Assembly (NCBI GenBank): GCA_965224085.1
Contig: CBDCYI010000011.1
Coordinates: 640,001-704,000 of the forward strand
Direction: 5' to 3'
Length of the DNA: 64,000 nt
Origin: Candidatus Marinacidobacterales bacterium
Lineage (GTDB): Bacteria; Acidobacteriota; Vicinamibacteria; Marinacidobacterales; SMYC01
In this document: positions 51,687-62,105 of the stretch, one piece after another
How positions within the stretch are numbered: position 1 is the stretch's first letter
Layout of the letters: the number at the start of each line of letters is the position of its first letter
Notes under the pieces: model-generated
Told to the model about the DNA's origin: nothing
Databases searched by the model: none
Seen by the model: only the letters and a program-made list of their open reading frames with translations
Program-made: the position numbers and the translations under genes

Positions 51687-52991
51687 CTACAAAGTGCGTG
51701 ACTTCGCGTTCCATTGGCGCTCCAGGTTGGCGATGAGCTGCTCGCTCAAGTGGCAATAGGCCTGCTCGCGCGCGTAGGTCGCCATGTAGCGCCGGAAAAT
51801 GTCGAAGGGCTCCGCCTGGACCCGGATGGCTTTGCGGTTGCCGGAGGCGCTCACCATCCCCGCGCCCACCGCGTTTTGTAATGCGCTCTCGACGGCAGCG
51901 TCGAGCTCTTCGGGAGGATGGACTTCGTTGATGAGCGCTTTCGCTTCGGTGCTTTCTACGGGAAATCGACGGTCGAACATAATGGCGTCGCGCGCGAGGC
52001 CTTCGCCCAGAAAGCGCGGAAGCCGCAAGTTGGCGGCTCCCGGGATAATACCTTCTTTGCGTGCGGGGAGGTTGAAATAGGCCCCCGCCTCGGCGATGAC
52101 GTAGTCGACGACGAGAAGGAGCTGACAACCGCCGCCAATCGCGAAGGCTTCGACGACGGCCATCCACGGTTTCTCGAGCGTCGTCTCTGGCTCGTCGGGA
52201 TGATAGGGCTCCTGTGCGAGGCCGCGATAGAGTTTGTGGACGAGCCCTAGGTCGCGCACGAGGTAGAAAAGGTACGAGACCTTGCCGTGGTAGATCTTTG
52301 TGAGATTGATGCCGGCCGAGAAGATGCGGCGGTCTTTGTATTTCGGGTGCTCGACTGGGTCGCCGCGGAGGACCCCCATTTTCACGTCAGGGTGGAGCAA
52401 TACGAGGTCGATCGCGACCTCCAGAGGGCCAAGAGTTTCGTCATCCTCCGCGTTCAGGTAGCGCGGGTTGCTCATGTACACATAGCCGACTTCGCCGTCG
52501 ACCTCGACGCGAGCGCCGCCTAGATCGACGGCGCCTTTGTCGACGAGCTCGTCGACACGGCTTCGTGCCTCCGCCGTCGGCGCGAGCATGCTTGTCACGA
52601 GATGCGCGCCGATCTCGGGGTCGCTCAGCATCTCCGAGAGGAAGATCCCTTGCTGGATCTCGCGGCCGTCTTTGTCTGCCTGCATCCGCTCGGCTTCTTC
52701 CGAGACTTCGGCAGCAGTCGGGACGAGCTCGGGCCAGAGCTCGGCGGCGCGCCAGACGAGCTCGTCGACGCGCACGGAGCACGTCCTGCCGTCGGTCAGG
52801 CGATCGTAGATTTCGCGCCGATGCGTGCGGCAAAGGCTCGAGCAGAGCTTGGCCATCTCGCGGACGCGCTGGGCGCCGCGGGCCTTATCGGCGTCGTTTC
52901 GGGTGGAGCGGGGAGGGAAGCTCGCGAGCTCGCGCCAGCCGCGGGCGAAGACTTCGCGGGCGTGAGAGGCCTCCTGTTCCAATGCGCTCAA
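51687..52991 (-). CDS. dpgC: DpgC-like crotonase-fold protein (3,5-dihydroxyphenylacetyl-CoA 1,2-dioxygenase homolog)
   Basis: LVPT.AE...E...QADKDGREI.QGIF, LNAED, FSAGINL, AIGGGCQLLLV.D and EGIIPGAANLRL. Confidence 0.8.
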   Translation of the reverse strand: MSALEQEASHAREVFARGWRELASFPPRSTRNDADKARGAQRVREMAKLCSSLCRTHRREIYDRLTDGRTCSVRVDELVWRAAELWPELVPTAAEVSEEAERMQADKDGREIQQGIFLSEMLSDPEIGAHLVTSMLAPTAEARSRVDELVDKGAVDLGGARVEVDGEVGYVYMSNPRYLNAEDDETLGPLEVAIDLVLLHPDVKMGVLRGDPVEHPKYKDRRIFSAGINLTKIYHGKVSYLFYLVRDLGLVHKLYRGLAQEPYHPDEPETTLEKPWMAVVEAFAIGGGCQLLLVVDYVIAEAGAYFNLPARKEGIIPGAANLRLPRFLGEGLARDAIMFDRRFPVESTEAKALINEVHPPEELDAAVESALQNAVGAGMVSASGNRKAIRVQAEPFDIFRRYMATYAREQAYCHLSEQLIANLERQWNAKSRTL

Positions 52992-53084
52992 GGGACTTCC
53001 GGCGAATTGTAATGCAGATGGTTGAACGAGAGAAACAGAGCGCTCATGAATGACACCTGACGTCGGGGATTTTACTAGACTCCG

Positions 53085-53990
53085 CTATCCGATGACGTCC
53101 GCGTAGAGCCGATAAAGATTTTTCCCCCCGATTTGTTCGACGGCGTCTTCCTTGTAACCGCGCTTCTCGAGCCCTTGCAACACGACTTCCATGCGGCGCG
53201 GTCCGTTCAGCTCCGACACGTAGAGCGGCCAGTGCTCGGGTTGGAACTGCGCGCCTTCTTCTTCTTGTAGGATGCGGATCTCTTCGGGATTGTCTTCGAT
53301 CACGCGGTGGTCGCGGTCGCTTCCGATGCAGACGTGCTCGAGGCCAGCGATGTTGACGGCGTGGTCGATGTGGTCGAAATAGCTGCTGAGGTTGTCGCTC
53401 GTCTCGTCGGTGATGAACGGGCGGATCTGGCAGATGCCCACGACACCGCCTTTGTCGGCGAGTTTCTTGAGGTTCTCGTCCGTCGTGTTGCGCACGTGGT
53501 GGTGCACGCTCTCGCAGCACGTGTGCGAGATGATGATGGGCGAGCGCGAGAGCTCGATCGCGTTCATGCACTCGATGAGCTCAGCTCCGAAGGCACTGAT
53601 GTCACCGCCGCGATTGTCACGCTCGCGGCAGCCCGAGCCGACGTAATTCTGGTAGTTGTAGGTGAGCTGAATGTTGCGAATGCCGAGGTTTTTTAGAAGC
53701 TCTACGCGGTCGAGGTCTCTTTGGATGGGTGTCGCGTTTTGAAGCTGATAGAAGATCGAGAGCCGGTTCTCTCGCATGGCGGGCTCGATCTCGTTCACCG
53801 ACGTAACCTTCGCGACATATTCTACGGCTTTGATCGTCTCGTCGAAGGCAGCCTCACCGTAGGTCTTGGGGTCGCAGAGGGTCACGGAGATGTTGTTCGT
53901 CCCGCTGTCGAGGATTTCCGCGATGAGATCCATGGTGTGGGTCAGTCGGATCTCGCCGAGGGCGTCGAGAATCATCATGGGGCGGATCAT
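53085..53990 (-). pseudogene. Membrane dipeptidase (M19) with an apparent in-frame internal deletion
   Basis: QLTYNYQN, ISHT..RN.TD and IGSD are present; the usual IVDLSH segment is absent between ECMN and AIELS. Confidence 0.75.
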
Positions 53991-54009
53991 AACCTCGTTT
54001 GGCGGAACG

Positions 54010-54305
54010 GAGTGCCTCGAAGGGCGTATGGAGTGTGTCGTCACCGAGCTCTCGAAACCCGTACTTCTCGTAGAAGCGTTTCGCGGAGTCGTTCTTGGCA
54101 TCACTTCCATGGCAAACGAACCGACTTCCTCGCTGGCACGCAGGCTGCGCCCAAGCCCATCGACGAGTAGAAACTCTCCGAGCCCCTTGCGGCTTTCACC
54201 TCTGTGAACGGCGAGTCGAGCGAGGTGAACGATAGGCACACGATATCGCGGCAGCTTCTTGGACTCGTCTTTTGGCAGATCACCGCACGCGATCTCGCCT
54301 GCAGT
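54010..54305 (-). pseudogene. GNAT acetyltransferase (TacT/AtaT-like toxin) remnant
   Basis: LP...KKLPRY.VP.VHLARLAV.....KGLGEFLL.DGL; after a frameshift DAKNDSAKRFYEKYGF. Confidence 0.7.
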
Positions 54306-54550
54306 ATGCTGAGGAGCTTGGGCTCGATGCGAATCAGTTCCCAAAAGACTCGGTCGATCCCGAGAATCACAAGCGGATGAACGCCGATATTGCGGAGGCT
54401 CGCTCCCTTGGTGTGACAGGGACACCGGGCTTTTTCGTCAACGGACGTTTCCTCCGGGGGCCAAGCCGTTCGAGGATTTCGCGAAGGTCATCAACGTAGA
54501 ACTCACGAAGAAGAACATCCCCATCCCGGCGGGGCACCGACGGCTTAGGA
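54299..54550 (+). pseudogene. DsbA/thioredoxin-fold protein, C-terminal remnant
   Basis: YAEELGLD...ARSLGVTGTPGFFVNGRFLRG, then PFEDFAKVI after a frameshift. Confidence 0.75.
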
Positions 54551-54892
54551 ATTGACGGTGCGCTTCTTGCTAAAGCTAGCAAGGTGAAGCTAAAAGCTGG
54601 CCCGGGCGCACCCCCTCGCTTCGCTCGTCGACCTCTCAACGATGGAGAGGTTGCACGAGGCGGGTCTCGGAACGCTCTCGAGACCGCCTCGTCCTTGCTG
54701 TTGAACACCCAGCTCATCGAGGATGATCTGGACGTGGCTTCTCATGGTGAAGACACTCAGAGCGAGCTCGCGACCTCTTCGTTGTTTTGACCGTTGGCGA
54801 GGAGTCGTAATACCGCTTGGCGGCCGGTGAGCTCCGGTATGAGCTATTCGTGCATCAAAGCCCACTTGCGCGCGAGAAATCCGAATTTCCGG

Positions 54893-54950
54893 TTGACAGG
54901 GAAATTTGTATATACCACTATTAAGATGTATCAACTACTAGTATCACCAC
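54893..54950 (+). promoter_or_regulatory. Sigma70-like promoter with a GntR-type palindrome; original downstream gene start lost
   Basis: TTGACA-17 bp-CACTAT, with TTGTATATACCA in the spacer; AT-rich island. Confidence 0.5.
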
Positions 54951-54959
54951 CTGAACCGC

Positions 54960-55868
54960 TTGGGGGCTCTCGGCTATCGGCACCTCGAGCGCGAGCTCGG
55001 CGGCGACCTTCAAGTGCAATGGGGCGGGAGCCTCGAATGGTACGGCGTCCCGGATCGGGCGCGTTGGCTGCGCCAGCAAGTTGCGAGCAAGCAAGCGTGG
55101 GGCTATCCGGCGCGCTTGATTGACGTCGCCGAGTTCGAGAAGCTCGAAAGTGGCGTCGTGCCGGGCGACGTGCTAACCGCCTCGTATAGCGAGCAAGACG
55201 GGAGCATCGACCCCGTCCAAACGACGGAAGTGCTGCTCGATCACGCCAAAGCTCGAGGTGCTGAGATCCTCTTTCCCTGCGAAGTGACTGGGCTCGACTT
55301 GAAATGGGGACGGCTTAAGGGCGTTGCGACGACCCAAGGCGATTTCGAGCTCGATGTCCTCGTGATTGCTGCGGGCGTAGATACGCCGAAGCTCGCCGCG
55401 ATGGCCGGGCTCAAAGTGCCGCTGGTGGAGTCTCGTGGCGTTCTCGCGCATACGAAGCCCGCCGAGCGACTCATTGACCGAGTCGTGTTGTCGCCGGGTG
55501 CGCACATGAAACAAAAGCTTGACGGCCGCCTCGTCGCGGGCATGGGATTCGGCTCGGCGCCGGTCACCGAGGCGACGGAGGCCGAAGGCGAGAAGGTGCT
55601 CGCCTCGGGGAAGAACTATCTTCCCGGAATCGGTAAGCTCGAGCTCGAGCGCGTCACGCTCGGCTATCGGCCTTTGCCGCGCGACGGTTTTCCCGTGATC
55701 GGTTTTTCCGAAGGGGTCCCGGACGTCTATCTCTCGGTCATGCATAGCGGTGTGACCTTGTGTCCGGTGGTCGGCCGTTTGGCCGCGCTCGAGATTCTGG
55801 ACGGGATCGAGGTCGAGCTACTCGATCGCTACCGCTACGGCCGCTTCGAGAAGAAGAGGTCCAGCTGA
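54960..55868 (+). pseudogene. FAD-dependent oxidoreductase (DAO/glycine oxidase-like) lacking the N-terminal Rossmann motif
   Basis: DG.IDP, VIAAG, GYRPLPRDGFPVIG and HSGVTL are present; no GxGxxG. Confidence 0.8.
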
Positions 55869-55934
55869 GCTACCGCTAGCAAGAAGTAGGGCGAACGGTG
55901 TTTCAGGCAAGAGCTTCCACTCGACAATGACGTA

Positions 55935-56070
55935 TCAATAGACAAAAACCACAGGGCGCACTCGCATTCCGTCTCCGTCTTTGACGTTGAGTGGAACGCC
56001 GACAAAAACCATCCGCTCGTTACCCAGAAGCTTGTCTATTTTGAACGCGACTTCGTGCTCGTCCCCGAAT
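55935..56070 (-). pseudogene. C-terminal scrap resembling a cyclase/kynurenine formamidase family protein
   Basis: FVGVPLNVKDGDGMRVRPVVF. Confidence 0.5.
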
Positions 56071-56240
56071 CGAACGCCGATAAGAGTCGTGCCGTTTACG
56101 GCGACGCGCGGCGGTGCATTGAGGGATGGGGGGCTGCACAGGTAATACTCGCCAACAGGACCCACCCTGAGAAGCGTTTCATACGAACCCCTACGGTATT
56201 CGGAGCGCGACCTCGTGTCATATACTTCGGGGCCACTAAC

Positions 56241-56765
56241 ATGCGCTTTCTCACGCTTCTGGTCGGAAGCCTACTCCTGGTCATCGTGGCCGTCGCCCTG
56301 CTTCTCTCGACGCCCGAGCTCGGTGACGTGGGCGGAAAGCCGCACGAGCGTTTCTCCACGATGGCGAGTGGCGGGTCGGGAAGCGCCCGCCACGCCAACG
56401 TGTTGTGGCTCGGTGGACTCTTCGGCGCTGCTGCGCTCGTTTACTGCGTGGCGCTCATGGCTTTCGGTGCGCGTAAGGACTCGTCGCTCCGAGGATTAGG
56501 CAAGCCCCTCGCCGCAAGCCTCGGGGTCTCTCTCGCGTTCTGGGTTTGGCTTCTCGTGAGCTACGCACGCGCCATAGACGGTGGCGCCGTGTCGTTTTTT
56601 CTGACGCTCCCCGGACCGTCGGCGATCGTGCTCTACGGTCTCTTCCCCGTGACGATCCTCTTCAATCTGCTATACGTGATCGGCTACAACCGCTGGATTC
56701 TCAGCGCGGACGACTACCAGGAATACAAGCGGCTGGTCGAAAGAATCCGGAGCCGGTCGTCGTGA
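56241..56765 (+). CDS. Four-TM membrane protein coupled to the symporter
   Basis: Four hydrophobic segments; GTGA overlap with the next gene. Confidence 0.75.
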   Translation: MRFLTLLVGSLLLVIVAVALLLSTPELGDVGGKPHERFSTMASGGSGSARHANVLWLGGLFGAAALVYCVALMAFGARKDSSLRGLGKPLAASLGVSLAFWVWLLVSYARAIDGGAVSFFLTLPGPSAIVLYGLFPVTILFNLLYVIGYNRWILSADDYQEYKRLVERIRSRSS

Positions 56766-58258
56766 GCGAGCTCCGAAGCCCGATCATTCTCGGAATCGTC
56801 GGGCTTTATATGGGACTCTGTATCGTCGTCGGCTTCTGGGCGATGCGGCGGACTCATTCGGCGAAAGATTTTTTCATGGCCGGGCGTCAGCTCGGCATCA
56901 TGATCACGGGCATCGCCATTTTCTCGAGCACGATGAGTGGCTTCGGTTTCGTCGGTGGGCCGGGACTCGTCTACTCGCTCGGGATGAGCTCGGTGTGGAT
57001 GGTGATCTCGGTGTCCACGAGCTATGCGGTCGCCGACTTTCTGCTCGGAAAGCGATTGCGATTGCTCGCGGGTGCTTTCGACTCGATCTCGCTTCCCGAC
57101 GTCGTCGCAGCGCGCTACGGGAGCGAGGCGACCCGCTTTCTCACCGCGATCGCGATTCTTCTCGGCATCCTCGGCTACCTCGCGACGCAGACACTCGCGA
57201 TGGCGACCGTATTACAGAATATTCTCGTGAACACGAGATACTTTCCCGAGGTCAGCCTCGTGACCTGTGTCGTGATCTCGTCTTCCGTTCTCGTCTTCTA
57301 CTGTGTGACCGGCGGCATCCTGGCTTCCGTCTATTCCGACATGTTTCAAGGCGTCGTGATGGTCGTCGCCGGATTTCTCGTGTTCCTCACGACGCTTATC
57401 GCATTCGACGGCGGCGCTACGGCGGCGGTAGCAACGATATTGACAGATGATGCCGAGGCGGCCGGCCCATGGGGCACCGTGGGGATGATTGGCTGTCTTT
57501 CGTGGTATTTCATGTTTACCGTGGGCGCGGCCGGGCAGCCTCAGATTCTCACGAAGGGGATGATGATCGCGCGCGTTCAGAACTATCGATGGGTACCGCT
57601 GGTCACTGTCTTCGGCTATACGCTCACGGCACTTCTGTGGGTGAGCATTGGCCTCGTCATGCGTGCGCTCGTGCTCTCGGGGGCGCATCCAGAGCTCGCC
57701 GGCGCCGACGCGGCCGCGCCGGCGTTCCTGCAACACTACGCGCATCCGGTGCTCGCGGGTATCGTCTTCGCGGGACTCTTCGCCGCCATCATGTCGACGG
57801 CGGATAGCTTTCTCAATATCGGCGCCGCGGCCCTCGTACACGACATCCCGAAAGCACTTACCGGACGCTCGCTCACAAACGAGCTTATCTGGGCACGCAT
57901 CGGCACCGTGGCCCTTGCGGTGCTCGCGGCGCTCTTCGCGCTCTATTCGCACTACGAGAACGCGCGGCTGGTGGCACTTCTCGGCGCGTTCGGATGGGGA
58001 ACCTTCGGCGCCGCGCTCGTGCCGGCGATCGGGATCGGTTTCAACTGGAAGCGTGCCACCCCCCTCGCTGCGAGCGTTGCGATCGCGGTAAGCTTGGTCT
58101 TGAATTTCATCATCGAAGTGTTCGATATCCGGCTGCCCCACAACATCCACGGCGGCACGGTGTCGCTTCTCGCTTCGACGACGATTTTCTTTCTGATCTC
58201 GTTCCTGTCACGCCCTCCCGTTCTCGACTCGGACGTCGAGGCGATCATGGAGATTTGA
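56762..58258 (+). CDS. Sodium:solute symporter (PutP/PanF family)
   Basis: DFFMAGR.LG, SGFGFVGGPG, GQPQ and AAIMSTADS motifs. Confidence 0.93.
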   Translation: MSELRSPIILGIVGLYMGLCIVVGFWAMRRTHSAKDFFMAGRQLGIMITGIAIFSSTMSGFGFVGGPGLVYSLGMSSVWMVISVSTSYAVADFLLGKRLRLLAGAFDSISLPDVVAARYGSEATRFLTAIAILLGILGYLATQTLAMATVLQNILVNTRYFPEVSLVTCVVISSSVLVFYCVTGGILASVYSDMFQGVVMVVAGFLVFLTTLIAFDGGATAAVATILTDDAEAAGPWGTVGMIGCLSWYFMFTVGAAGQPQILTKGMMIARVQNYRWVPLVTVFGYTLTALLWVSIGLVMRALVLSGAHPELAGADAAAPAFLQHYAHPVLAGIVFAGLFAAIMSTADSFLNIGAAALVHDIPKALTGRSLTNELIWARIGTVALAVLAALFALYSHYENARLVALLGAFGWGTFGAALVPAIGIGFNWKRATPLAASVAIAVSLVLNFIIEVFDIRLPHNIHGGTVSLLASTTIFFLISFLSRPPVLDSDVEAIMEI

Positions 58259-58271
58259 TTGCGCCTTTGGC

Positions 58272-58790
58272 TTGTTGAAGGTTCACGAAGGCGAAGACGC
58301 GGATATCTGGGATTTCGTCCAGCGCGAGATCTACAGAGCCGTCGGTATCCCGCACGCACCCATCAACAAGACTCTAGAACCGGGCGGATCGGACGAGCTG
58401 CCGCTCATCGCCGGCGGCTATTATCCGACGCTCGAAGACCTCGCGCGTATCGCGACGTTGATTCACAACGACGGCGCTCACGACGGGCGCCAAATCCTCC
58501 ATCGTGAAAAGCTCGCTGAGATGATGTACGAAACGGATGTGCGCGGGCTCGGCTTCGGGACGTCGGGCGGCACCTATCACATGGGGATGTGGCATCGGCC
58601 TTTCGAAGTTTCACCGGAGTGCCAGATCGAGCTCCACTCGATGTCGGGGTGGGGCGGTCACCGGGTGTTGATGCTTCCGAACGGACTCACGGCCATCCAC
58701 ATCTCGAGAGAAGATCCGGCGGCCAGATCGAGCGGCGGTCTGAGCGAGATGGCTGCCGTCGCACACGCCATTCGGCCGCTATGCCCCTGA
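58272..58790 (+). pseudogene. Serine hydrolase/beta-lactamase-like C-terminal fragment
   Basis: T..DLARIA.L....G..DGRQIL and MSGWGGH; no SxxK motif or signal peptide. Confidence 0.6.
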
Positions 58791-58810
58791 TGGAGGGGCG
58801 AGGGGGAGCC

Positions 58811-60418
58811 ATGACCGCAACGCGAGCTCTACTTTGGGTGATTGCCGTGCTCGTCTCGAGAGCGCTAGGAGCGCAAGATTTTCCGCCCGGCTATCTCGAC
58901 CCCGAGCCCGTGCTGCGCGCGGCTGAGCGGGCCATCGGTGCGGACCGACTCCATTGCGTCACGATCGGCGGCACGGCGCAGGTAGCGGTCGTCGGCCAGC
59001 AACGCCTGCACGGGTATGAAGTGGACTGGCCGGACGCTCAGCCGCTTCGGAACTATGTCCGCATGATGAATTGGGAAGACGGCACCATGAAAGAAGTGTT
59101 CGATCGCGAGCCTGGACAAAATCCGGCATCTTGGAAATACGGGCTCGGGTGGCGGGGGGGAGAGCCGCTGCAAGAGCACGAACGTCAGAACTTCATAGTC
59201 AAAGGCAGGCGCGGCTGGTATCAGGACGGCGTCGAGTCCGAGCCCGTGGCGGCGCGGCCCGAGGACGCGGAACGCTGGCAGCTCGACTTGTGGATCAACC
59301 CGCACGGATTTCTCAAAGCGGCGCGACTTCCTGGAGCGAACCCGAAAGCTGTCTGGCGTTGGGAGCTCGGCGAAATGGGGCGGGACGGCGCCACGACGAA
59401 GCCCGAGAGGGTGACGATTGTTTCGATCAACGCGCTCGGGAAATACCGCGTGGACGCGACCATCAACCAGGAAAACCTTCTGCAGCGGATTCACACATGG
59501 GTGCCTGACCCCGTTCTCGGTGACATGAACTACGAGCACGAGTTCACGAATGCCAGCTATGTCGACTTGGGAAACGGTATTCGCTTTCCGACAGGATGGC
59601 ACCATCACGAGGGCTGGGACGACAACTACCAAGCGCAGAGCGCAAACGCGGGTCACAACGCGTTCGGCGGCGCGCTCGACGACATCGAGCCCAACGTCTG
59701 TGGCGATCCCTTCGAGATACCGGAGTCAGTGCGTCTCGCCGCTTTCCCGACGCGTGTCGAAACGGAGGAGCTGGCCGACGGCGTGTGGCTTCTCGGCGGC
59801 GTGTCGCATAATAGTGTTGCCGTGGAGTTCGAGGAATACATCGTAGTGATCGAAGCGCCGCTCGACGAAGCGCGCAACTTGGCGGTGATCGAAGAGGTCG
59901 TGAGGCTCGCGCCGGACAAACCGATCCGCTTTGTCGTCAACACGCATCAGCATCACGACCATATCGGTGGCCTCCGCACCTATATGCATCTCGGCACGAC
60001 GATCATCACGCACTGGAAGAACTACGACTTCTACACGCGGGATGTGCTCACCTATGCTCCGCGAACATTGGCGCCCGACATGGTGTCGCTCTGGCCGCCG
60101 ACCGAGCTCGCCGAGGGCTACCAATACGAGACCGTCCGCGAGAACTACTGGATCGATGATGGAACGAGGTCGATGCACATCTCCTATGTCCATCCGCTCC
60201 GACATGTCGAAGGCATGTTGATCGCCTACCTGCCCGCGGAGAAGATCCTGATCGAGGCGGATCTCTACGACCCGCCCGCCGCAAACGCGAACGACGCGCA
60301 TCGAAGTTTTTACCGGCACGTCGAGCGGCTCGGCTTGGATGTCGAGACGATCATTCCCATTCATGGCCGTCCCGTTCCGTGGCGTGCATTTCTCGCGCTG
60401 GTGGAACGTTCCGAATAG
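58811..60418 (+). CDS. Exported MBL-fold metallo-hydrolase
   Basis: Signal peptide; NTHQHHDHIGG, EADLY and PIHG motifs. Confidence 0.9.
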   Translation: MTATRALLWVIAVLVSRALGAQDFPPGYLDPEPVLRAAERAIGADRLHCVTIGGTAQVAVVGQQRLHGYEVDWPDAQPLRNYVRMMNWEDGTMKEVFDREPGQNPASWKYGLGWRGGEPLQEHERQNFIVKGRRGWYQDGVESEPVAARPEDAERWQLDLWINPHGFLKAARLPGANPKAVWRWELGEMGRDGATTKPERVTIVSINALGKYRVDATINQENLLQRIHTWVPDPVLGDMNYEHEFTNASYVDLGNGIRFPTGWHHHEGWDDNYQAQSANAGHNAFGGALDDIEPNVCGDPFEIPESVRLAAFPTRVETEELADGVWLLGGVSHNSVAVEFEEYIVVIEAPLDEARNLAVIEEVVRLAPDKPIRFVVNTHQHHDHIGGLRTYMHLGTTIITHWKNYDFYTRDVLTYAPRTLAPDMVSLWPPTELAEGYQYETVRENYWIDDGTRSMHISYVHPLRHVEGMLIAYLPAEKILIEADLYDPPAANANDAHRSFYRHVERLGLDVETIIPIHGRPVPWRAFLALVERSE

Positions 60419-60656
60419 ACGCTCCTGTGTTCAAGCTGCCCGGTGCGTACAAACGAACATCCTAGATGCGATGCCTGAAGCCGACCTCCACGTCTACGCT
60501 ATTATCAGTCGGGAGAAAGAGCGCCTGCTCCGAAATTTGGAGCGAGCGTTGTCGCGCCGACCATAATCTTGGGCCAGCGACTGGCCGGTCCGGCCGCTCC
60601 CGGAAGTCGCGACTCGGCAGGCTCATACTGTAACATTGAGCTGACGTGCTGCTCGC

Positions 60657-62057
60657 ATGACGAGACGACTTGCGATTTTCGGTGGAAGCTTCAATCCGCC
60701 TGGTCTGCACCACCGCGCCATCGCCGAAGAGCTCAGCCGCTACTTCGATGAGGTCGTCGTCGTTCCTTGCGGGCCGCGGCCCGACAAGCCTGCGACCAAC
60801 GAAGTCGACACCGTCGCGCGCGCGACCATGGTCGATGCTACGTTCCGGAAGCTCGCCGGCGTCCGTGTCGATCTCTTCGACCTCGAGCAAGCCACGTTCA
60901 CCCTCACCCACCGCCTCGACGAGATCTATCGCGGCGAGGGTGAGGTTTGGCACGTCGTCGGGACCGATTTGACCGAGCCAGGCGAGGACGGTCTTTCTTT
61001 CATTCAGCGAAGCTGGGTGAAGGGAGCGGAGATCTGGAGCTCGCTGCGCTTCGCGATTTTCGTGCGGCCAGGCTACGATGCTTCCAAGAGCGAGCTGCCG
61101 CCTCACCACGAGCTCTTCCCGATGCAGGGGACCGGCGCGAGCGCGACGATACGCGAGCGCGTCTTCAAGCACGAGCCGATCGCAGACCTTGTGACGGAAG
61201 AGGTCACGGCCTATATCGAACGATACGGACTCTACCGCGGCGCGGTGATGCGGCGTCGGGCACGGCTCGATCTCGAAACGCCACGCCCGTTCGTCGTGGT
61301 GGACGACCGCAACGCGCGCGCGACGGCTATTGCAGCGCGCTTCGAGCGGCGCTTTGGTGGCGTTGGGCTCGATGCCGCAAACCTCATCGTCGTGATTGGT
61401 GGCGACGGATCGATGCTGCACGCGATCCGGAAGCACTGGCGCAGCCGCTTTCCGTTTCTGGGAGTGAACGCGGGGCATCGGGGCTTTCGCTTGAATGGCG
61501 ATCCTGGGCTCGAGAACGGCGAAATCCCGATTGCCAATCTCACGATTCAGCATTCTCCGCTTCTCTACGTCGAAACCTGCTCGGTGGTGGGCGAGAGGAG
61601 GACCGCGCTCGCGTTCAACGACGCGTGGGTCGAGCGAGCTTCCGGCCAGACGGCTTGGCTGGAAGTGAAGGTCAACGACGACGAGCGCCTGCCGCGACTC
61701 ATCGGCGACGGCGCCCTCGTATCGACGGCGGCGGGCTCCACGGCTTATGCACGGGCGATGGGTGCGACGCCGCTTCTCGTGGATACACCGGCGCTCGTGC
61801 TCGTCGGCTCGAACGTGATGGAGCCCCCCGGTTTCAAGTCGGCGCTCTTATCGTTGGATGCTCGCGTGAGCCTCCGCACGCTCGAAGCGTCCAAGCGGCC
61901 GGTCGCCGCTTTCGCCGATGGCGTGCCTCTCGGAGAGGTCGTTTCTTTCGAAGCGAGAGTGAGTCGGATCGCCGCTGTCGAGCTCGTGTTCACGCCCGGC
62001 CATGACATGGCCGAGAAAATCGCGCAGATCCAGTTCCCTGGCTTGAGTGGACAGTAA
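60657..62057 (+). CDS. Fusion of a NadD-like nucleotidyltransferase and an NAD kinase
   Basis: N-half: AIFGGSFNPPGLHH, VVG.D, SAT.IRE, V..YI....LY. C-half: GGDG, GVNAG.RGF, ND, GDG..VST.AGSTAY. Confidence 0.88.
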   Translation: MTRRLAIFGGSFNPPGLHHRAIAEELSRYFDEVVVVPCGPRPDKPATNEVDTVARATMVDATFRKLAGVRVDLFDLEQATFTLTHRLDEIYRGEGEVWHVVGTDLTEPGEDGLSFIQRSWVKGAEIWSSLRFAIFVRPGYDASKSELPPHHELFPMQGTGASATIRERVFKHEPIADLVTEEVTAYIERYGLYRGAVMRRRARLDLETPRPFVVVDDRNARATAIAARFERRFGGVGLDAANLIVVIGGDGSMLHAIRKHWRSRFPFLGVNAGHRGFRLNGDPGLENGEIPIANLTIQHSPLLYVETCSVVGERRTALAFNDAWVERASGQTAWLEVKVNDDERLPRLIGDGALVSTAAGSTAYARAMGATPLLVDTPALVLVGSNVMEPPGFKSALLSLDARVSLRTLEASKRPVAAFADGVPLGEVVSFEARVSRIAAVELVFTPGHDMAEKIAQIQFPGLSGQ

Positions 62058-62105
62058 CTCGAAAGCGGAAGAAAAAGGGGGACAGGTACATTTTTCCTTC
62101 ATTCC

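Noticed and set aside
54655-54693. Strong hairpin ACGAGGCGGGTCTCG...CGAGACCGCCTCGT as an ncRNA or riboswitch
   Set aside because: It is a single isolated stem with no recognisable family motif, U-tract or second copy.
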